Origin: Nitrospinaceae bacterium
Lineage (GTDB): Bacteria > Nitrospinota > Nitrospinia > Nitrospinales > Nitrospinaceae
Length of the DNA stretch: 64,000 bases
NCBI GenBank assembly: GCA_965237905.1
Contig: OZ250172.1
Coordinates: 2,560,001 to 2,624,000, forward strand
Direction: 5' to 3'
In this document: piece by piece, positions 29,558-38,208 of the stretch
How positions within the stretch are numbered: the stretch's first letter is position 1
Layout: each line of letters starts with the position of its first letter
Made by a program: the position numbers and the translations under genes
The notes under the pieces: generated by a model
Told to the model about the DNA's origin: nothing
The model's database searches: none
What the model saw: only the letters and a program-made list of their open reading frames with translations

Positions 29558-29814
29558 GACAGGATAACAGGATAAAAATCAGATTAACTACAGGTGAATA
29601 CATATACAAATGATACCTCCCCGTTTCAAGGGGAGGACTGAGGAGGGGTTGATATCAACCACCCCTAACCCCTCCTTGAAAAGGAGGGGGATTCTTTTTG
29701 TCATGCTGAGTTCCTTCGACAAGCTCAGGATAAACTCCGTGAAAGATCCATGTTTCATTGGTGTTTATCTGTGTTCATCTGTGGTTAATCTGATTTTTAT
29801 CCTGTGATCCTGTC
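29558..29814. repeat. MITE-like composite element, copy B, with ~45-bp imperfect terminal inverted repeats
   Basis: gacaggataacaggataaaaatcagattaac...gttaatctgatttttatcctgtgatcctgtc. Confidence 0.8.
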
Positions 29815-29880
29815 AGATGTGTTGGGAGGAAAACTAAAACCGGTCGGTATTTCCAGCGGCAAGGGGGTGTGGCGTGGGAA

Positions 29881-29942
29881 AAACTTATTCCGGTCCGTGG
29901 TCACAGGCCTGAAAGGCTGTGCCACTTGAGGACCGGAAGTTT
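29881..29942 (-). repeat. Conserved 3' stem-loop element, copy 3
   Basis: aaacttattccggtccgtgg...ccac..ggaccggaagttt. Confidence 0.85.
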
Positions 29943-29955
29943 GTTTGTATTGAGC

Positions 29956-31305
29956 CTATATCTCGTTCCACGCGACCACATCAATTATGACTGTAGTACT
30001 GGGTATGGTCAAACCGCAACCATAAGTGATATCAACGGTACCAGAGACCAGGTTTGAAGAGACCAAAGGTTCTAATGTAGCAACGTCAGCGGCCAATGCG
30101 GCCCCATTAATATCGGCAGTTCCGGTCAGCTTCAGTTGATCGGTGGCATAGATGATACCGTCAATGAACTGAGTGGCGTTGCCGTTGTATTCAACATCAG
30201 TACCTGCAACCAAAAATAAATTTTGAATATCTACCGGATGGGAAGGATTCTTCAGGTTTGCGATCGTGAGAGATCCGGATACTTTAATATAACCTGTGGC
30301 GACAACGGTTATATTCCACGGATTACCCGGGCTACCCGCATTACCTGCTACCTGGGCGTTCCCTTCAATATAAAGAAAAGCGTCAACCGCAGTGGGACTA
30401 CCCTTGGACCATAGGCTGACTCCATCATGACTCCAACCGTTCCAGGGTGAACTTGAGACAAAGGCTCCACTTGCGTCATAGACATTTCCGAATTGGTCGA
30501 GTGTGAAATCCGCATAGGGTTCCAATGCAGTGACGTCGAGAATGGGGATTGGAATCACAGGTTGACCCCCTGCACTCCCTGGACCAGCGGTTCCTCCGGG
30601 CGTGTAGGATCCGGTAGCGGTGGCATCTTGTGCAACGATCGGAGTTCCTGCCAGAGTTAAATCATCATTGGAATGAACGCCTCCACAAGCTCCAGCTACA
30701 TTCGCGTTGCCTGATACCTGAAGAGGTCCGTTCGTGGTGACCGCACCGACTGGAATTCCGGGAGGATTGTAAACCAGGGCTTCAACCGTGGTGGTGATGT
30801 TATCAACGATACCCACTGCGGACAGGAAAATCATGTTGTCGGTATCAAAATTTGGATCGCCATCATCGTTGTCATAGGCCCGGATATAATAGGTGTCGCC
30901 GTTAAAGGGCACCGCACTGTATTGAAAGCCATTTAGGGGGGTCTGCGTTCCGACGTTGAAGATGCCATTATCGTTATCATTGAGGGGATCACTGGTCGTT
31001 GCAGATACAAAGTCATCCGGACCGGCCAGAGCCGATCTCATGGAACTCGCTTCAGTCAGGAATTTGGCATGCTCCAACCCCGCCTCGGCCAGAAAAAATG
31101 CTTCCCGGTTTTCCTTGAAATCACCGGCCCGTTTCATTTCTCCCGAGGTCAAGTGCATGGCCACAGGCACCAGGCTGACCATGACGACCATGAGGAGCAG
31201 GGCCGTAACCATTGCGATCCCGGATTCGTTGTGCAGAGCACGTCCGGTGAGCGTCTTTATCCCGCTAAATTTATAAGTCGATTCGTTTTTTGATGTCGTA
31301 TGCAT
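29956..31305 (-). CDS. PilX-like minor pilin paralogue 3
   Basis: ESG|IAMVTALL and AFFLAEAG. Confidence 0.85.
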   Translation of the reverse strand: MHTTSKNESTYKFSGIKTLTGRALHNESGIAMVTALLLMVVMVSLVPVAMHLTSGEMKRAGDFKENREAFFLAEAGLEHAKFLTEASSMRSALAGPDDFVSATTSDPLNDNDNGIFNVGTQTPLNGFQYSAVPFNGDTYYIRAYDNDDGDPNFDTDNMIFLSAVGIVDNITTTVEALVYNPPGIPVGAVTTNGPLQVSGNANVAGACGGVHSNDDLTLAGTPIVAQDATATGSYTPGGTAGPGSAGGQPVIPIPILDVTALEPYADFTLDQFGNVYDASGAFVSSSPWNGWSHDGVSLWSKGSPTAVDAFLYIEGNAQVAGNAGSPGNPWNITVVATGYIKVSGSLTIANLKNPSHPVDIQNLFLVAGTDVEYNGNATQFIDGIIYATDQLKLTGTADINGAALAADVATLEPLVSSNLVSGTVDITYGCGLTIPSTTVIIDVVAWNEI

Positions 31306-31447
31306 AATCTCTATCTTTCGTTCCAGATGTTTTATTATTAAATGGATCTCCCGTATTCCTTAAAATGGATACCGTCCCTCACCGGTTCCTGCAACGGTCC
31401 AAAAATATGGGGTCTTGAGCCTGACCCGGAATCCTGACTCGAAGTAG

Positions 31448-31464
31448 TGCAACACGCGGGCCAA
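31448..31464 (-). promoter_or_regulatory. Sigma54 promoter of pilX-3 (TTGGCCCGCGTGTTGCA)
   Basis: TGGC-N8-TGCA pattern with GG-N10-GC spacing. Confidence 0.75.
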
Positions 31465-31737
31465 GTATCAAATTTATTGGGCACACATTAAAAATGTATT
31501 CGTATGCCGACATTTCCCAAGGGTTTTGGTTTTAAAGAATGTTCCCGATTTTCCAAGTCACGCCCCTCCTGAACCATCAAAGGTGTATGATTTATTATTT
31601 ACTATGGCTGTAACTATAAGCTTTACAGGTGTTCGTCTGTTTTCAGGGGGTCCCCAGCAAAAGGCCTTAAAAGACTTTGTTTAGCGGCTTCATAGAGGGG
31701 CGTGTGCTTAAAATTATCCAATGGATCGATCTCAAAA

Positions 31738-32325
31738 GCAGACAGGATCACGGGATTTGGCTTCCCCTTCTGAAGGGGGCTGGGGGATTTGTCACCACAG
31801 AGGACGCAGAGGGCACAGAGAGGACCGGAAAATTAAATAGGGAAAGACGACAAAAATCCCCTCTCCCCTGGGGGAGAGGGTTGGGTGAGGGGGATTTAAA
31901 AATTGTAGTTGCCCCATTCATGGGGCGAATTTCAAAACCGCTCGATGAATCGAGCAACTACAAAAGCAGAAGGAAGAATCCCCCCATCCCCCTTTACAAG
32001 GGGGAGCAAGATCAAAAATCTCCTCTCCCCTCACAGGAAGCACCCACGGGATGACGGGCAGGGTGGGGGCGGTTTTGAATGGGGTCTTTATAAATGAAGT
32101 GTCTTATAATTCCCCCTCACCTTAATCCTCTCCCCCTGGGGAGAGGAGATATCAAGCACGTCATCCTGACGCTTGAACGGCGACTTATGCAAAGCTCTCC
32201 TTCACAAAGGGGGAGTTCAAATCCTGTGATCCTGTCCCCCTTCGACAGAGCCTGTCCTGAGCTTGTCGAAGGACTCAGGGTGACACGGTTACGCGCGGAA
32301 AAGTAACTCGGGTTGGTATTTCCAA
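31738..32325. repeat. Mosaic cluster of REP-like palindromes
   Basis: GTAG-ended palindrome pair at 31905-31961; ccctctcccc..ggggagaggg hairpins; cttcgaca..tgtcgaagg module also found at 27600-27632. Confidence 0.75.
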
Positions 32326-32361
32326 AGGGAGAAGGTGGGGGAGATTGTAAAGAAGTCTGGA

Positions 32362-32425
32362 AAACTTATTCCGGTCCGTGGTCACAGCGCTGGAAGGCTG
32401 TGCCACTTTATGGGACCGGAAGTTT
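32362..32425 (-). repeat. Conserved 3' stem-loop element, copy 4
   Basis: Same element, 16 nt past the stop codon. Confidence 0.85.
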
Positions 32426-32441
32426 GTTTGTAATAGTGTGC

Positions 32442-33833
32442 CTATACCTCGTTCCACGCAACCACGTCAATGACGACTGTAGTCGTGGGTGTGGTCAAAC
32501 CGCAATCATACGTGATGGTAGGGTTACCAGAGATTGTGTTTGATCCGTTCACCAGATTTTCTACATTAGCAATGTTGTAAGCCATTATGGCCCCAGTCAT
32601 ATCGGCATTTCCGCTCACGTCTATCTGCTCGATAGCATAGAATACACCTTGGACAGTCTGACCGGAGTTGCCATTGAATTTGACGTCAGTACCCCCGATG
32701 AAATATAAATTTTGAATATCCACCGGATGGCTGGGATTCCTCTTGTTTACGATATTATCATTCCCGGACACGTCAACGTAGCCGGTGGCGACGAGGGTTA
32801 GCTCCCACTTGTTACCGGGCGTACCCGCGGTACCATTGTTCATTGAAACGTTCCCTTCAATATAAATAAAAGCGTCCAAAGCATCATTGCCGCTATTATT
32901 TACCCATTTTTGAGGGCCGATTTGATATTTCCAGCCGTTCCAGCCTGGACCTGAACCGCTACCGATTGGGCCGGCGGCTGGGTCGTGGTCGTCATAGACA
33001 TTTCCGTCTGCCTTGAATATGTAATCCGCGTAGGGTTTAAATTCAGTGACATCGAGAAAGGGGACTATAATCTCAGCTTGACTACTTAAAGCCACTCCAG
33101 TAACGGTTGCAGTCCCTGGGTCCGTGGTCCCGGTAGAGGTGGCATTTCCGTTAACGGTCCCACTTGCCCCTGACAGAGTTAAATCACCGTTGGCATGAAC
33201 GTTGCCACAAGCTCCAGTGACAGTCGAGTTCCCTGAAATAGTAAGATCTCCGTTCGTGGTGACCGCACCTATTGGAATGCCGGGAGGATTGAAAACCAGG
33301 GCTTCCACCCTGGTGGTGGTGCCATCAACAATCCCCACTGCCGACAAGAAAACCATGTTGTCCTTATCTGTCGTCAGGTCACCATCGCCATCATCATTGT
33401 CAAAGGCCCGGATATAATAGGTAGTGCCATTTAAGACTGCCGTGTCATACAGGTTGCCATCATCTACGGGCAAAGCGACCGGTGCCCCGAGGCCGAAGGT
33501 GCCGTTATCGTCATTTTCGGAATCACTGGGCGTTGCAGTTACCAGGTCGTCCGGACCGGCCAGAGCCGCTCTCAGGGAAGTCTCCTCGGTCAGGAATTTG
33601 GCATGCTCCAATCCCGCCTCGGCGACAAAAAACGCTTCCCGGTTATCCTTGAAATTACTGGTCCGGTCGATTTCTCCTGTGGTCAATCGTATGGCCGCAG
33701 GTATCAGGGCGATCATGACAGTCATGAGGAGCAGGGCCGTAACCATCGCGAACCCGGATTCATTATAAAGAGACTGGGAAAGAAAACCCTTCCCAGGGGG
33801 GTGACGGGTGATTTTATTTTTGGTGGCTATCAT
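32442..33833 (-). CDS. PilX-like minor pilin paralogue 4
   Basis: ESG|FAMVTALL; start moved to the ATG at 33833 (RBS AGAGG). Confidence 0.85.
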   Translation of the reverse strand: MIATKNKITRHPPGKGFLSQSLYNESGFAMVTALLLMTVMIALIPAAIRLTTGEIDRTSNFKDNREAFFVAEAGLEHAKFLTEETSLRAALAGPDDLVTATPSDSENDDNGTFGLGAPVALPVDDGNLYDTAVLNGTTYYIRAFDNDDGDGDLTTDKDNMVFLSAVGIVDGTTTRVEALVFNPPGIPIGAVTTNGDLTISGNSTVTGACGNVHANGDLTLSGASGTVNGNATSTGTTDPGTATVTGVALSSQAEIIVPFLDVTEFKPYADYIFKADGNVYDDHDPAAGPIGSGSGPGWNGWKYQIGPQKWVNNSGNDALDAFIYIEGNVSMNNGTAGTPGNKWELTLVATGYVDVSGNDNIVNKRNPSHPVDIQNLYFIGGTDVKFNGNSGQTVQGVFYAIEQIDVSGNADMTGAIMAYNIANVENLVNGSNTISGNPTITYDCGLTTPTTTVVIDVVAWNEV

Positions 33834-33869
33834 CTTAATATTCCTCTTATTATTGGTTATGGGATATAT

Positions 33870-33886
33870 TGCAATCCCCAAGCCAA
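33870..33886 (-). promoter_or_regulatory. Sigma54 promoter of pilX-4 (TTGGCTTGGGGATTGCA)
   Basis: GG-N10-GC. Confidence 0.75.
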
Positions 33887-34245
33887 AACTGAATAATGAT
33901 TAGGAATAAATTGAAAGTAGATGTAGTGTTATTTTTTACAAGTACTTCGGGAAACCGAATTTTTAGGCCTGAGAAAGGCTCTCTAACGAATACCCCAAGT
34001 GAGTTATAATATATTACAATTTCGTAACAATAATCATACAGGAGTCGAATGAGCATTCTAAAATACGAGGGGGATTCTTCTGATATTTTATAACTATTTG
34101 AAAATAAAGATGATGTTTACAGTTTAAAAGTGGGAGGTAGAACCTTGGGGCATTTGGGGGAAACGGGCAGATTGTATGAAAATTCACAACTACAGAGGTT
34201 GAACCGATAAGTCTTTGAAAAAGTGGGTAGGAGGGGGGTGGGGAG

Positions 34246-34309
34246 AAACTTATTCCGGTCCGTGGTCACAGCCTTGGAAGGCTGTGCCACTTTATGGGAC
34301 CGGAAGTTT
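34246..34309 (-). repeat. Conserved 3' stem-loop element, copy 5
   Basis: Same element, 14 nt past the stop codon. Confidence 0.85.
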
Positions 34310-34323
34310 GTTCGTAATAGTAC

Positions 34324-35700
34324 CTATAACTCGTTCCACGAAACCACGTCAAGGTTGACTGAGGTAGTAGGTGTGAACAAACCGCAGCTGTAAGTGACTT
34401 GAGAGCTACCAGAGATTGCGTTTGAGCTTACCAGATTTTCTGCGCTTCCACCGTTATAAGCCATTAAGGCCCCAAGAAAATCGGCATTTCCGCTCAGTTT
34501 TAACTGCTCCCAGGCATAGACAAAACCCTCGATATTCTGATTGACCGCGCCTGCTAAATCGACATCGGTACCTGCAGCTATAAATAAATTTTGAATATCT
34601 GGCGGAAGGGCAGGATCCTTTTTGTTTATGATATGCTCATTTCCGCCTATTGAAACAAAGCCGGTGGCGACAAGGGTTAGCTCCCACTTGTCACCTGCGT
34701 TACCCGAGTCAATATTGCTTATATCGACATTCCCTTCCACATAAATGAAAGCGTCCACAGCAGCAAAACCGTTGCCATTTCTCCATTTTTGTTGGGCCAT
34801 GTTATGAGACCAATCGGCCCAGATTGGGCCGGCGACAACAGGGTCTCCATTTTTATCCTCGATAGTTCCGTCTGATTTAAATACGTAATCCGCATGATCT
34901 TTGTATTCAGTGACGTCGATATTGGGGACTGGAACCTCAGGTGCACCACTTATAGCCGATCCATTAACGGTTGCAGTACCTACGTCCGTGGTTCCGGTAG
35001 AGGTGGCATTGACATCAATGATCGAAGTACTTCCTGACAGAGTTAAATCACCATTGGCATGAATGCTGCCACAAGCTCCCATTACATGAGTGTCGCCGCC
35101 ATAAGTAGTATCTCCGTTAGTCGTGACCGCAGCTACTGGAAGTCCGGGAGGATTGTAAACCAGGGTTTCAACCGAGGTGGTGGTGTTATCAACGATCCCT
35201 ACTGCGGACAGGAAAATCATGTGATCGAAATCTTTCGTCAGGTCGCCATCGCCATCATCGTTGTCCCAGGCCCGGATATAATAGGTGTTGCCTTTGTAGG
35301 TCACCTCGTCATAGACGAATCCATCGGGTCCGGTGAACAAGGTTCCGGCGCCAAAAGTACCGTTATCGTCGTCATCGGCGGCAGTACCGGTCACTGCAGT
35401 TATAAGATCGTCCGGACCCTTCAGAACCAATCTTAGGGTACTCTGCCCGGTCAAGTATTTGGCATGTTCCAATCCTGCCTCGGCCAGGAAAAATGCTTCC
35501 CGGTTTTCCTCGAAATCACCGGTCCGGTCCATTTCTCCCGTGGTCAATGATATGGCTGCAGGTACCAGGGCGATCAGGACGACCATGAAGAGCAGGGCCG
35601 TAATCAGCGCCACGCCAGATTCGTTGGCCAACGTCCGGATGCCGGAAGATTTACTTCCGTTAAAATCTTCAATTTTATAGTTTTTCAGATGTTTATTCAT
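34324..35700 (-). CDS. pilX: PilX-like minor pilin paralogue 5 (operonic, overlaps the pilW stop)
   Basis: ESG|VALITALL; 4-bp overlap with pilW. Confidence 0.85.
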   Translation of the reverse strand: MNKHLKNYKIEDFNGSKSSGIRTLANESGVALITALLFMVVLIALVPAAISLTTGEMDRTGDFEENREAFFLAEAGLEHAKYLTGQSTLRLVLKGPDDLITAVTGTAADDDDNGTFGAGTLFTGPDGFVYDEVTYKGNTYYIRAWDNDDGDGDLTKDFDHMIFLSAVGIVDNTTTSVETLVYNPPGLPVAAVTTNGDTTYGGDTHVMGACGSIHANGDLTLSGSTSIIDVNATSTGTTDVGTATVNGSAISGAPEVPVPNIDVTEYKDHADYVFKSDGTIEDKNGDPVVAGPIWADWSHNMAQQKWRNGNGFAAVDAFIYVEGNVDISNIDSGNAGDKWELTLVATGFVSIGGNEHIINKKDPALPPDIQNLFIAAGTDVDLAGAVNQNIEGFVYAWEQLKLSGNADFLGALMAYNGGSAENLVSSNAISGSSQVTYSCGLFTPTTSVNLDVVSWNEL

Positions 35701-36608
35701 AATCCCATATTCCTCAAATGGATGTCAGTCACTAAAGTTGTGGTTTGATCGGCGTGAACGGGGTCCGTTGTGGTGATCGAGACTTGTACCTTGCGTATTT
35801 CCTGGGTCAAACCCGTACTATCGTCAGGGTCAGTCAAGGGAAGGGCGGCGGGAAGGATCTCGACTCCGTCCTGATCGAAATAGCGGAACACCAGACCCGC
35901 CACATTGGTCGCTATGGTGGTCGTCGTGTCATCCCCGACGGCGGCGGTGCCTTGATCGTCCGTAAAAGTGATCGTCTGAGGACCCGAGTTAAAGGTGTAA
36001 GTAAATGTATGGAATTTGTTGACCACCGCAGGGACGCCGCTTGAAATAGGATTGAGTGGAAAGTTGTTTGCGGAGCCGAGACCGATAACGTCATAGGTCG
36101 CAGGAGGAACATCGCCCCAGTCAAAGTTGTTTATCACTACAGCGACCGGGCCCTGGCGCCAACTAGCCGGGGCATTCACATCGAAATAAACCACGGTGTC
36201 GTCTACAAGAAATATAGTGGGTGCGGTGAAAGCACTGTTAAGCGGCACAGTGATGCCGGTTGAAAGAGCAGCGCTGTCCCGAGCGGCATAGAGCTTAACA
36301 TCCTCTGTATTGGCCCGGAAGGTGAAGGTTGTGACGTCGGCATTGGTAATTCCGAGTGCAGGTCGGCCGGCACCCGAGTCGCCGGGAGGAAACCCTAAAC
36401 CTGCCAGGCGGATATTAGGTACTATATCGTCCATGGCCAGGCGGGCAGAATCCCTCAATTGCAGGTTTGTATTCTCATCCCGCAATAATTGGTCCTGCTG
36501 GGTATAGGTGTACATCGCGCCCCCCAATATAACGAGCCCCAATGCCATTGCCAACAGCATTTCAATCAGAGTAAAACCCTTTTCGTTTTTTACCTGCCTA
36601 TCGATCAT
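35697..36608 (-). CDS. pilW: Type IV minor pilin PilW-like
   Basis: KG|FTLIEMLLAM, R.A.D.....IR.AG and C-terminal LRN. Confidence 0.8.
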   Translation of the reverse strand: MIDRQVKNEKGFTLIEMLLAMALGLVILGGAMYTYTQQDQLLRDENTNLQLRDSARLAMDDIVPNIRLAGLGFPPGDSGAGRPALGITNADVTTFTFRANTEDVKLYAARDSAALSTGITVPLNSAFTAPTIFLVDDTVVYFDVNAPASWRQGPVAVVINNFDWGDVPPATYDVIGLGSANNFPLNPISSGVPAVVNKFHTFTYTFNSGPQTITFTDDQGTAAVGDDTTTTIATNVAGLVFRYFDQDGVEILPAALPLTDPDDSTGLTQEIRKVQVSITTTDPVHADQTTTLVTDIHLRNMGL

Positions 36609-36624
36609 GTAAAAACCTCAAAAA

Positions 36625-37041
36625 TCAATTATTGATGTAAGTGTTTATAACGACTTGGGAATTTCCCACGGCGTCCCAAGCGACAGTAACCGCGATATCA
36701 TCCGGTGTGGTGAGAACGGTATCGTCAACGGTCCAGGTCAGTGTGTAGATTTCTCCGGACTGTGGGCTGGCCCCAAGTTCGGCTCCAGAGGTATCTATGG
36801 CGATGCCTACAGCGTTACTGTCCGCTACGGTCAAGTCGACTTGCCGCGCTTGGTTGCGCAAATCCTCGATTTTTTGTTGAGCGATGGACGTGGCCATGGT
36901 TTTGTGTTCATTGCCTGCATTCCGGGTCACCAGGTTGCCCAAAAAGGTACCCATCGCAAGCAAGCCGAATACCAGAATGAGGCCGGCGATTAACACTTCG
37001 ATCAGCGTGAATCCTGAAGAGTTATCGATTTTTTGTTTCAT
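36625..37041 (-). CDS. pilV: Type IV minor pilin PilV-like
   Basis: SG|FTLIEVLIA and A..IAQQKIE.LR. Confidence 0.8.
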   Translation of the reverse strand: MKQKIDNSSGFTLIEVLIAGLILVFGLLAMGTFLGNLVTRNAGNEHKTMATSIAQQKIEDLRNQARQVDLTVADSNAVGIAIDTSGAELGASPQSGEIYTLTWTVDDTVLTTPDDIAVTVAWDAVGNSQVVINTYINN

Positions 37042-37178
37042 TGTTTACCTGATAAGTTGATTTAATAATGAACTTGAAACCAGCACCGCTTAAGCCATTG
37101 ATATGTTGGCTTATAAAAATAGTATAAAGCCGATTTCCTGCACATTCATAACTTTCTGCAATTACTTGGGTAAATCTA

Positions 37179-37195
37179 TGCAAATCTCAAGCCAA
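37179..37195 (-). promoter_or_regulatory. Sigma54 promoter of pilV-pilW-pilX5 (TTGGCTTGAGATTTGCA)
   Basis: GG-N10-GC. Confidence 0.75.
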
Positions 37196-37502
37196 CTCTC
37201 CCCTGATTTATCTGAATAAAGGAGTCCCCCAATAACCTATTGAATTCTTAGGGTATGGGAGGTAATGAAACCTGAGAGGTCTTTTAATGGGTATACCTAA
37301 TACCCCATTAGGGTGACAAAATTAGAAAATAAAATTACAAAAATTGTCAAAATGTTTCATTTCTGGGAATTGATTGAGCGACGGAGGACGGACTTAGAGG
37401 TAAATCATTAATTCTTAATGGGTTGCAATATCGCACGACTGAGGAAGTGGGCGGCCTGGAAATCTGACTTCTGTCTACATTTGTTTAACTCGGGGTTGGA
37501 GC

Positions 37503-38072
37503 TCACTTCCAAGGCGGGGAATCGGCGGGGGAAATCTTCAAAACAGATATTTCTCCGTTGGCGCCAATTATTTTTAATGCCCGGATATCGGCATTACTGT
37601 GTGCCACATCCCTTTTGGCAATAAAATAAACCGCGCCGGTACTGCTGGCCTTGCCGCTGGGCTCGAAGTAAATCTTTTTCTTGCCGCCTGTAAACTCAAT
37701 CGGGTGGGATATGGTTCCTGTTCCCCAGACGTTCTCGACGGGTGGCTCCAGAGTGATTCCAAACTGGATTTCGGGGTTCAGTTTGATTTTACGGGTGGGC
37801 TCACCTGTATCTGCAGTCCCGTTTTTGTTGGTGTCTTCAAAGACCGTATATCCGGAGGTTCCATGAAATTCAATCCAAACCCGGTGTTTGGTTTTTACCG
37901 CCGTATTTTTTGCTGTTTCAAGATTGTAATACAGCTTGGAAATCTCATCGCCGATTGCCGATCCTTCATCCCAACTCATGAACCGGGGAAGGGCGTAAAC
38001 GATCAGGATGATGGTAATGATGACGCCGGTAACGATTTCAGCGAGGGGCAGTGGTTTTTTTTCTTCAGCCAT
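37503..38072 (-). CDS. FimT/GspH-like pilin-related protein with atypical leader
   Basis: Hydrophobic helix ending in LP.F; L..AK..AV, Y.VF.D.N.NG..D.GE and I.F.P.G motifs. Confidence 0.7.
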   Translation of the reverse strand: MAEEKKPLPLAEIVTGVIITIILIVYALPRFMSWDEGSAIGDEISKLYYNLETAKNTAVKTKHRVWIEFHGTSGYTVFEDTNKNGTADTGEPTRKIKLNPEIQFGITLEPPVENVWGTGTISHPIEFTGGKKKIYFEPSGKASSTGAVYFIAKRDVAHSNADIRALKIIGANGEISVLKISPADSPPWK

Positions 38073-38208
38073 ATACGGGATGCGGGGTTGGAATTCAGAC
38101 AAAACGTTCCATTTATTGTAACAAATGAATTTTCATTCAGAAATAAAATGTAGGGAATATCCGGCGCCTCCGACTCAACACTATACGAATTTTTAGGAGG
38201 TATGGACG

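Noticed and set aside
31677..32543. Short ORFs in the pilX-3/pilX-4 spacer (and at 29421-29807)
   Set aside because: They are translations of palindromic repeat modules without RBS or protein-like features.
25488..34309. 3' hairpins as integron attC sites
   Set aside because: AAC...GTT ends and a bulged base are suggestive, but the RYYYAAC/GTTRRRY boxes and spacers do not fit. The genes have their own promoters and long spacers, and no IntI is in the window.
25488..34309. CRISPR array or DGR in the repeat-rich region
   Set aside because: The repeats are kilobases apart, there is no cas or reverse transcriptase gene, and no adenine-specific TR/VR pair was seen.
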